From Polymyxa betae A26-41 (lineage: Eukaryota; Protista; Endomyxa: Phytomyxea): a stretch of DNA of 32,889 bases. Where the stretch lies: assembly GCA_003693705.1 (NCBI GenBank), contig RBZT01000746.1, positions 1 to 32,889 of the forward strand. Reading direction: 5' to 3'. The notes under the pieces were generated by a model that saw only the letters and a program-made list of their open reading frames with translations, was not told the origin of the DNA and searched no databases. The translations under genes were made by a program, and so were the position numbers. This document shows, piece after piece, positions 1 through 10,120 of the stretch; position 1 is the stretch's first letter, and every line of letters starts with the position of its first letter.

Positions 1-544
1 GCAACCAGCGTGTCACTTGATATCAGGTCATCTGTCTAAAATTTGATGGAATATTCATCTGAGTGATTACTCCGTCTGAATAACATCTCCATCAATCAAC
101 CGGATGGAGACGATTCCCAGCTACTACGGATTGGCCTCTATCCATGTTCGAATATATTGACACATGCTGACAGCTGCTATTATGTTTCACATTTTGTTAC
201 ATTCCATTCTCTATGACCATCTGTTCATGAACAAGTCGAATTAGATCGAGATTTGCATTAAAAAAGCTGAGAGATGATTAGAGACATGACTCTGTCAATA
301 CGAGTATCTAGGTCGTACTGACCCCAGCGAAAGGATCAATACGGCTATGGCAAGATTATGGAACGAACGATGAGAAAGGGGTGGTGTCAGGGTTTCGGGT
401 CGGGAAAGGGCCAGCCCTTCCACCTCCCCACGGACTGCGCGGCGGAATCATCATCTTTCTCTCTTGTATTGCCCTGACCACCCAACGACGTCCCGCCGCC
501 ACCCGCCCTTTGGCCTGCTCGCTCCCCGCCCTGGGCGGGCCAGT

Positions 545-2362
545 ATGACGTCGCCATCGCCGCCGCAGACGGCGCCGTGGACCGAGTCCGAACAGGACTA
601 CCTGCTGTCGTTAGTGCCAGCCCAGGTGGGGTCGTGGGCCGGCTGGGACTATGTCGCCGCCTGCATGATGAATCAGTTCGGACCGATGCGCATCTATAAC
701 GGCCCCGTCGTACAGGCCCAGTTCTACGGGCTTCGCGATCGTTGGCAACACGATCAGACGCCGCCGGATCCGTATTGCTATCCGAACGTTGCCGCCGTTA
801 ACGCCGATCGCGGACTTCAACAACCGGTTCTCCAAGACATCAGCCGTACTAGCCCGACCGTTCAGGTGCCTTTGTAATTTTTGTTGTTATAATTTGGATG
901 TTCTGCATTATGTTCGTGTTTTGATGATTTTGTGGTGGAACTGATTGAGAATGTTTTCATGGAAATGTTCGTTTTGACGTTTTTAAATGATTAGGCCGTA
1001 CAGGACGAGGATGGTACTGGCTCGAAAGTCCGCATTGTGGACCGTATCGGAACTCAGATGGAGTATCAGTTCGTTGCAGAAGATCGCCTATATGTTCATT
1101 GTAACAATACTCTCTCACCCGCCGTCTATGATGTTCCTCTCCCAACTACTTCTACCGACAATATTATGCTGGAGACCTCTGCTGCTATGAATCTATTATC
1201 GGTAACTCCGGGGTTCCTCCTTCTCCTATTTTCTAGTCTAACCACCCGTTCATAGGCAGGCGTACCGGACCCATTGCCTGACGAACACGTCCGAATTCCG
1301 GAATTCGGCCTTCCTGATTCTAATGTTACACAAACGTTTCAGCATCTGAGCACAGACAATAGTTCTGTACCTGTTGCGGACCCGTTCGTATTCACGGATT
1401 GCGGTGTGGATGATTCCGGATCGGTGATCCGTAAGAACTATACGAAATGGACTCCGGAAGAGGAACAATTCCTACAGCAAGTAGTCCGTGAACATGTTAA
1501 TGATTGGGATCGTATTGTGCAACGTATGCATGAACGATTCCCACACGGACGTACCTATACAGTTGGGTCTCTTAAGAAGAAGATCCAGTACGTCCCTGTA
1601 TGCCGAAATATTCCGGAATCGTGGTTTCGATCGGATCATGTGATGATGTTACCGCTGTCGCAATACTACGGGGTTCCACCAATGTCCGGTCGTAACAATA
1701 TGCCCGAAATGTTACGTTACAAGCTTCCTCCGGAGACCGACCCGAGCTCCGCAATCGCTTCACTGAGTAGTCCGCCGCCATCAGTCGGAGTTTTCCGTCC
1801 CGAACCATCACGGGTCCGTATCATATCCGAGGCGCAACCATCTGCGGACTTATCTCAGATCTCGGGACCATCAGCGCAGCCCGCTCCGGATCCATCTCTG
1901 CCGGTTCGGTCATCGTCTCGGATGTCTGAAGACGAGATCATTGCTGCGGCCATCGTTCGGGTCGTACCGGACCTCGGACTACTGGGCCTAGACGCCGCGC
2001 TGATACTGGATGATCCAGCAACGTATTGGGCGTCGACGGAACCTCATCCTGCAGAGGACGCTCACGCTGATTGTAATGTTACATCCGTGCCTGGAACGTG
2101 TACGGATCCAGCTCTATCTGAATCGATCGGCGGGTCAGTGGATGGAGGCGAACATCTAGTTGAAGGAGACTCATTAGGAGGAGATTTACGACCTGAGTGT
2201 TATGATACTAATATCTGTGATGTAACATCATCTCCTGGGTTAGAGAACTCTGAATCCGATAACAACTCCAAGGAGAAGCCCACAAACTCCACGGATGCTC
2301 CAACGTGGCGTCGTTGGCTACAGAAATATACGACATTGAAGACTGCGCTCGGAGTTCAATAA
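545..2362 (+). CDS. Spliced gene for a protein with two separated Myb/SANT-like repeats and an acidic Pro/Ser-rich C-terminus (exons 545-865, 995-1201, 1256-2362)
   Basis: Repeat 1 is PWTESEQDYLLSLV...GWDYVAACMMNQFG..RIY and repeat 2 is KWTPEEEQFLQQVV...DWDRIVQRMHERFP.GRTY, both matching the WT-x-E-E...W Myb/SANT pattern. Two phase-0 GT-AG introns (866-994, 1202-1255) join three listed ORFs in frame. Confidence 0.8.
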
Positions 2363-4189
2363 CATACGACATTATCAGCAAGTTCGCGGTATCGTTCGCT
2401 TAACGAGATTTATGGACGTACTGTCTCACTAATTATTATCTTGGAACTCTATTTATATACATTGATTCGCTTATTTATAACATTCATCCGCTTATCTAAT
2501 CTCGAGCAAATTGATGCCCGACACAACAGCCATGTAAGCCCGACCATGTGATGAATCTCGTCGTTATCAGAGACTTCTAGATAATAGATGACCAATAAAC
2601 CTGTATTCTAAAATGAAGTTCAGAACCTACCTGTTCAAGAGTCTCACGATTTCAGTTCAATATGGCTGATCTGAAAACCTGTTGAGACAAAGTGATAATG
2701 ATTACCTTGCAATACAGTACGAGATACAATAAAACAATAACAATGACAAATTTTAATACAATAGAACAGATTCGAAGTTCAAAATTTCTCAAAATTTGAT
2801 AAAAATGCTGTACAGAAGAACGACTGAGTCGACTAAATAATCTTTTTGGGTCCTGTTAGAGGCATTAATTGTCACAACCAAAACGTGCCGTGTATATTAC
2901 CAGGCATCCAATTTATTCAGGTAAGTCTCGGTAAGAATTCGGTTTCTAGGAATCACATTCTTTAAGAGCCTGCAATACTGGATTGCATAGACAGACGAAG
3001 TCAGGCAAGCGATGGCTGTCAATACTCAATTTCGGCTCTAATTCGACGATGCCTTTGGTTTTAGAAGTTCTTCTCATATGATTTCCAAATACAAAGAGCT
3101 GCACTGCTATGACCACGGAATCGAACGCAACGAAATAGGATAGTTTGCCAAGAGACCTTGAATATCACGAATTCAGATGTATTAACTTTAGCTCCGAAAT
3201 TCCGATCCTGTGAAGCAAATCTTAAAACACTCGAGATTCGAAGCCATTATAAATCTGGACACCGTCATTCGGCAGAGCTCAGAGGACATAAAGAGCCAAT
3301 CCTTCGAGTGAGTTCCCGTCGATTCAGATTGTGTCCGTTGCTGATATTGTAGTAGGACGATGTGATTGGACATACAAGGTTGGATGAGTCAGTTTGGTAT
3401 TGAGAATCCCATCTTTTTTAAGCACCAAACTTGACTGACCATTTCTGAAAGCTATCCTAAATAGACAAAGGAAAAGAGACCAGGTCTCTATCGATTTGAA
3501 TGAGGTTTTCGTCCGTCTATGGGCTTGATTGACGCCTTTTGGTAATGGGGAGTATTCAAGCAATCGAGGCCTACTGACATTTCTGTACCAATTTGCATAT
3601 ATTCCTGCTACTAGCTAATATCGGTCCACAAATATGTAGCAGAGCGGCGACGATCCCATCTATCACTATGAACATTCACCCAGATATCCCCAGTTAGCGA
3701 CCGACATTCAACCTCGGCGAATATTCAAACGGCGTTATCAGTCCAATCGCCGCATGTAGTGTCGAATTTGTGCTCCGATCGCCTACAGGTACTACCCAAC
3801 TACCGGCATTCATTGACCGTACCCGACCCCATGATCCGACACTCCCTGCTTTTTTAGTATGACCCCACCAATATCATAGCAATATGCTGCATCAGAATAA
3901 TTAAAAAAAAAAATGGTATTAGCAGGATTGTTTCACATGTCACCCGTGAGCTTTTTTAATCTTTCTGCATAAAAGAGTTGATCGCCTCCTTTTCATTGCC
4001 AAACATTATAAAAACCCTAATAGGTTTTGAATTGGAATGAGTTTGAAAAGTGTGTGTGTGTACTTTTGAGAATTTCAAAAGGAAGGCAATGCTTCCGGTT
4101 GACTTAGTGTGAGTCGACCTTATTGATATCTCGAAATTCGTCTAACAGCGGTCATATGCTAACACGAACTTTGTTTTGGATACACCTTA

Positions 4190-4316
4190 AACGCCCCTAA
4201 AAAAAAGCCCCTAAAAAAATTCCCGAAAAAAGCCCCTAAAACAGCCTCAAGAAAGCCCCGAAAAAATCCCCCAAAAAAGCCCCCTAAAACGGCCTCAAAG
4301 AAGCCCCGATAAAAGC
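4190..4316. repeat. Degenerate A-run/C-run minisatellite (units like AAAAAAGCCCCT, AAAAAATCCCCC, AAAACRGCCTC)
   Basis: Directly visible: roughly ten short units with a larger ~60-nt period (gcccctaaaacagcctcaagaaagccccg vs gccccctaaaacggcctcaaagaagccccg). Confidence 0.8.
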
Positions 4317-4537
4317 AAAGAGGTTTCCAAAAAAAGTTGCGAGCACTGGGGGTGGCGCAGCCCCCGGAGCCCTCTTTTTAGTCATTGGCCTCCGAGTGAG
4401 AACCGGCCAGAGCTGCCAACAGAGGGATCCGGAATTAGACGCAGTAGTATAGACGGACTATCATCTTAATCCACGAGATTAATCTCGCAAAACCAACTCC
4501 AAGTTCGATGGTGTTGGGGTCGTGACCATTCCCTGTC

Positions 4538-7208
4538 ATGAGGTGGACGATCGCGACCTGCTGGGCCGTACTGGCGCTGGGCTCGGCCCTGGCTGAGCCC
4601 ATGTACAACGAACAGGTCCAGGATCGGATCATCGATGTATACAGGCTCGTGCATAGCACGGACACCTTTCTCCATGACGACCGAAATCAGGCAGGAGATC
4701 CGCGATCTGTTCCCTCATTTCCTGGCCGGATACGAAGCCCGATTCCCGAAACTGACCGCTTATCATTATCTGGTCCGGAAGCAGAATTCAGCCACTGCAG
4801 ACGTGTCTATTTTTATCGAGACTCTGCTGCTAAGCAATATGCGGCCCTATTAATGGTCATGATGCCGCACAAGCAGCTTAACGCGATCTCGGCGGAATCC
4901 AACACTCTCCTTCTCACATTGCTGGATAACACCAGATCGGAATACGATGCCGTCATGCTGGCTCCCGCCTACGAACGTATTATTCAACGAATGGAGAAAC
5001 GAACGCTGTCAGCTGGTGCTCCAACGGCATTAGATCTGTATTATAATAAGTTCGTGCTGCCGACATTCACTGAAACTCGAACCTCGGAGAGCCGAATGCC
5101 GCTCGGCAGTGTATTTGATAAGTTTCTGGAGCTGTCCCCTCTGAAGGATGCGAAATCGTTAGCAAAGCAGGCTTCTATGCAGCTGGGTCCTGTATTATGG
5201 TCGCAGGTCTTCTACAAACTCGTGGCTAGAGACTTCCGCATCATGTTAAAATCCCGTTTCTGGCTGGTTACCGTTGATCAGTCCCAGAATCTATTCAAAC
5301 ATTGCATCCAAGATCTATTAAATGTTCAAGACAAATCTGCTTATGTTGATCATATCCTGATCGAGTTTGTTCTAAATGCAGATCTATCCTATTGTCAAAT
5401 ACTGTCCATGTTGGCGTTCAGAAGAGTCCACAGGGACGGTACGACGTACAGGTCGGTGCGATGCTCCCTATTTTTTTAACTGGAATTTTCTCTATCATTG
5501 TCTTCTACTGTTTCGTTACTTAATTTGCCGATTGTTGTTCGTATTTGTCAGGGTTTCTATGGCTTGTTGCTCGGTTAGAGTTTAGGGTTTTGGAATTGCC
5601 TCTCTCTTAAATGCTTCTAGGCCTTTCCTACGGGCATCGGGTGCGTTGAAGTCGCTCTTTGATCATCATTTCCATCATTCGCAGATTACAAAGATCGATC
5701 TACTACAGCATATGACAGAGCCTGATCTATTCCACTTGTTCATGAAATTACTCAGTTTATTTCATCGGTACAAAAGCAGGGAACGCGTGTCATGAATTCC
5801 CCACTCATATGTAACATTACAGCCCAGATATGTCTCGCAACGCCGCCTTCTATCAGTTTGCTGGCTCTGTTGTCTATAATGCCATGCGGCTCAATGTTAA
5901 TCTGGGTATCCACGACTATCTCTATCATCCGCAACGTATCATATCCAATCCTGAACTGGCCGCATCTGATCCATGCCATCTTGTAATGGCTCTTGGTATG
6001 TGGTATGAAATCAGACAAACATTCGCATTTTTTTTTATTTTTCATACGTTTTTCTTTCTCCCTTACGTTCTTTTTTTTATTTTTTACTTTTTGTTTTAAT
6101 TTTTTCATACGTTTTCTTTTTTTCCTAGGTTTTTTTATTTTATGTTTTTTTATTTTTTCATACTTTTTTTTCGTACGATGTCTGAGAGAGGAATGTTTTA
6201 GGGCAATTCGTTCCAAGAAATATCGAAAAATGTTTGATGGTGAACAGCCAGTGCAGGACGAAGGGTATTCGGTGTTGTGTATGGCTGCCCGTCTACTTAA
6301 GATCGCCGATCAAACAAGTGACCCTGCAGAGCAAAGGCGCTGTGATCAATACGTTCAGCTGGTTGCGTCGGCGGTGACCACGGCTTCTGGCCTCGGTCCG
6401 CTCAATATTCAGCTGGTCCGCAATAAAGCGATGGTATCCGTACCAGTGCAATGTGATCGCACTGGCCCTGGCCGTCAGTGGTGCTAATGATACGGCTCTG
6501 GATTATACCGAACTTATGCATGCGTTACTGAAATCCGAACGGATTTTGGAGTGTTTGCGATCCCCGCAGACGGTTTCTATTGATCTTCGTGAACTGCTAT
6601 CACGGGATTATTTACGTTTACAGCCAGAACAACAACAAATACGTAGTGAGTACTCTATGTACAGCTCCGGTACGTAATAGTATTGAAATTTTTTCAAACA
6701 ATTTTCGTGAAAAATGTTTGTCCTATCATTTTCCCGTTTTCGAATGTCCTCGAAAGTCGATTTCCACTAATATGTGTGTAGGGTTTGTAACGGAATGGTT
6801 ACAGCCTGTCCATGTCTCGAACATTGTTGTTAAAATTCAACTGATGATGTACGTTACGCTTTCCATTTCTTCTGTTGGAGGTTATGTCTGAGCTAGGGTT
6901 TAGGCTTGTCCAATATGCTTAGATCGTCTGGTTAATGAAGACGCTTCAGATTGCGACCAAGATGGGAATGGACCCCTGGTCTGCCATTTTCTGTTCTTTT
7001 ATTACAGATGTCTAATCGCGATGTTCAGATCAGCAACGATGCTGTTGTGCAATTTCCTTGCGCCCTGAATCATTTCTGCCATGTCCAATGTGGTATACAA
7101 TACAAGCTAAACAGTGACCTCTATGAGATTAGATGTCCGTTATGTCGTGGAGAGAACCATCGCTCATCAACGGCATCAACTGATACGTCATTATCAACTT
7201 CAGAATGA
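4538..7208 (+). CDS. Multi-exon predicted secreted protein with a C-terminal RING-H2 finger (candidate secreted E3 ubiquitin ligase)
   Basis: Signal-peptide-like start MRWTIATCWAVLALGSALA/EP. In-frame introns at 5452-5620, 5768-5822, 6003-6201, 6646-6781 and 6979-7007. RING ligands are CPIC (6907-6918), then C-ALN-H-FC-H-VQ-C, then CPLC, before TGA at 7206-7208. Junctions near 6416-6446 and 6830-6903 are ambiguous. Confidence 0.75.
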
Positions 7209-7849
7209 GATCGGGGTGGACTTCAGGTCACCCTTTAATACACTTTCAGCAATAGACTTTACATTTTACTGAAAACGGTTTCATGGCCTGTAGCGTACTT
7301 TCCTGTACTGCCACCTTTAAAAGATATTATTGCTGAAGGCTCCGGACAGGCGAGGTAGCACTTCATTATCAAGGATTTACGTCGATTTGGCAGATCCGCT
7401 AATACGAACAGAGAACGATCAAGATATTTTGGCTTTAGATATCAAGAAATCAGGTGTTTCATAGAACGAGAAAGACCGAGCTCGATGCAACCGATCCTGT
7501 CGCAAACATTAAACGTCGTCTCTGAAGATATCGAAATAGAATTATGGAAACGCTCACTCAGATACAGATCATGATCATGGTCTTTGACATATTTCTGCTC
7601 ATCTCCTGTGGCTTATTTCTCAGAATTGCAGCTGAAACAGAATTAGAAATAAAAACGCAAAGGCTTGCACAAAACTAGTATATCCCTAGATGTAAAAAGT
7701 CGTTCTCGAGAATAACGAATTAAACGACAACCAGAGAATCGTAAGTGAACACGCCCTGTTAGTTTCGGTTTGTTACTTCTTAGTTCCAATTCTTCACTGA
7801 ACAACATTGCCTTGGTCGACTTGTGTTATTTGCACGGGATTCCATGTAT

Positions 7850-8050
7850 ACATTGCTTCGACCAGATTGGCAGCACAAATTCGCAAAACCTCTTCTCATT
7901 CAGCTTGGAATGTTTCTGAATTTTTGCATTATAGCCTCTTCCATCTCCGGTCTAATCTCAACTTTACCTTTCCTTTGACCTCACTACCTAACTGCCAAAT
8001 CCTCCTTCAGTTTCGTCTTCACAACTCCTTCAGCTCATAGCTCAGGTTGG
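7850..8050 (-). pseudogene. Decayed stalk-like fragment resembling the C-terminal stalk of kinase paralog A (possible 3' remnant of copy D)
   Basis: Broken minus-strand frames give VKTKLKEDL, SEVKGKVK, IRPEMEEAI and SKLNEK, compared with A: VKQDMEEAV...SKLSDE. Stops and frameshifts are present. Confidence 0.35.
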
Positions 8051-8459
8051 ACCCTACCATAATGAACGATTTTCAAAAGTAGAAAATGACAATGGTTCAA
8101 TACCACAAAAACTCCAAAAAAGGGCACAAATATGACAAATTGAATCTAAAATAATACAAATTAAATAGTTTGATGCCTTTAATGCTCCAATTATATATAA
8201 AGCTGATCGGCAGAGAAACATAAACAATACAGTAAGGAGTATAGAGAGCAACATAACCAACGCAGAAAAGAATATGATCAACAATATACTCTTTAAACAT
8301 AGATTGAAGAAAACGAAGGTAAAAAAAATAGAGAAAACGAAAAACTAAATCGGCATCATATATTCTACTAGAGCCATTCATGCAGCTACAAAAAGAAGTG
8401 TGATAAAAACCTAGATTTGAATTTTATAGATTAATTGATGCTGTATGGAAGTGAAATCC

Positions 8460-9355
8460 GCCAGGCCAATATCACGATCGCCGCCGCTGATTCCGACCAT
8501 GCGACCACCGTCGCAAATGACGCGAGAATGCAGAACGGCATCGATCAGATCTTCATCCAGATGAGCATCAGCCGATCCCGCGACATATTCTGATACCGCT
8601 GCTTATCCATGCATCCAACCTGCCAGATCATTATGCAACAATATTCTTTCAAATTAGAATGCTTCGAATTCGTTTCGTTTAGCGACGATGGAGGAGCGAC
8701 CATCTCTACAGGTTCATCAAGAGGCTCTGCGATTACTGCATCAACCTGCCTTAACCGAATCAATGGACTCAGTTTTCGGGGCTGTACGACCTGAACCCTT
8801 CATTCAGTATGTGTATTTGGAATTTCCTGGACTTTTTGCTTGGAGCTGTCCGAAAGGCATCGCAATCAATGTGTTTGCTGAAAGAGTCCGATCGACTTTG
8901 ATCCATCCTTTTCCGTTGATGGTTCGGATGCTGCATGAGATCGCCCATTACAAAGCTCGATGGGCTGCTGATGATTTCAACCTCTCATCGCCAACATCGC
9001 TGCGTTCCATCAATCGACTTCAGCAGTAAGCCTCGAACTGAGATATTCTATCCGCTTAAAGTCCATTTCTAGAATGGGATTCAAATTGGGGAATCATGTC
9101 GATTAGGGCGATTTTATCGAACTGGCTGTGGTTGTGCAGAAGCTGTCTTATGTGCGGCATTGCAACAGCGAATGGTCCGAGCTCCAGGTCCGATTCCAGA
9201 TTTGCCATTCGAAGACGGACTTCTTCTTGATCGAATCGTATGAGCGCCGCAATACGAAATTCTGCGGTCGTTTGATAACCTGCAGTTTGGCTTTAGCTGC
9301 GATTTTCCAAAGGAATTCTGCTAAGCACGCTGGATTGGATTCGAAATTGTTTTGA
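8460..9355 (+). pseudogene. Decayed zinc metalloprotease-like (HEXXH, zincin) gene
   Basis: GIAIN...LMVRMLHEIAHYKAR...SSP in ORF 8688-9029. A GTAAGC...TTCTAG intron candidate lies at 9026-9072, followed by GDFIELAV (possible third-ligand Glu) directly after an in-frame TAG at 9104. Upstream frames are broken. Confidence 0.5.
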
Positions 9356-9509
9356 ACTCCGTGATCCTGTTCATTCATGCGAACGCTGCGGAAGAAACCA
9401 GGCCTGAAATTAGGGCTTAGGGTTATGAGCTTATAAAAATACTAATTTATCAGTTAACTATTGCCTAGATAGATCGAGAAACAAGGAATACCCGAGTGAG
9501 AAGACTTCA

Positions 9510-10120
9510 CGGACAGGTCTCTCCCGAATCGAACGATTGTCTGGTTCGTCGCGGATTCGGATGCGACCCTATAAAAACTATTGTTGAAATTGTGGATGCT
9601 GTCTCAAACTGGTTAGAAATTGCAAGAAAATGCCAGATAGCATTGCGATCATGATGGCTAAGAGCATAGTTGAAGAGGCAACGCCTTTTCAATACAGGTT
9701 GGAAATTCCGGACTAAAAACGATCGAGCAATGATCACATACAAAGCGATAGTTGTTTGTAAATCATCGATGGAGAGCGCTCTCAGGAATCGATTGTCGTT
9801 ACAATCGAGAAAGAGCTTGCGGAGAATAATCTCCCGGACTTCGGTTGAAACTTGTCCGGACGTCGAAGGGAGAAGAACGTAATGCTTCTTATGTCTGATC
9901 TGGCACGATAAACAGCTAATATGGACTACACACAATACACTCATAACAGTATAATCACAGGTGAAGAAACCCTAAACCCTAGCGTTAACCAACTCGTGAC
10001 TCATGAGTTGTTAACCGAAATGTAACATGGACCTCGAGTACTGTGAAATTATCCGAGTCCGTAATAGTACGTCGTAACAGACGCACAGAACAGCGCACCT
10101 TGGTCACCAATGGCAACAGG
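9510..10120 (-). pseudogene. Kinase-family paralog D, downstream part (exon 3 end, exon 4 remnant, exon 5)
   Basis: TDSDNFTVLEVHVTFR vs A TDSGNLTALELYFTFR. RCLFNYALSHHDRNAIWHF vs A RGVFNYQLDEHDLNGIWNL. TR-IVRFGRD followed by donor GTCCGT vs A TRAIIRFARN followed by GTCCGT. A 57-nt intron (9685-9741) sits at the family intron-4 position. Confidence 0.8.
10107..10120 (+). repeat. Left target-site duplication of the LINE (CCAATGGCAACAGG)
   Basis: 13 of 14 bases match 14695-14708 (CCAATGGCAGCAGG). Confidence 0.85.

Noticed and set aside
2900-3650. Coding-like but stop-riddled region
   Set aside because: No recognisable motif or consistent frame.
5752-6216. Lys-rich 154-aa minus-strand ORF, and Phe-rich plus-strand reading
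   Set aside because: Artefact of the T-rich intron 6003-6201 of the RING gene.
8580-8960. Minus-strand LHNDLAGWMHG and GDLMQH resembling the family catalytic loop
   Set aside because: Short, not collinear with other kinase motifs, and the plus-strand HEXXH reading is more coherent.
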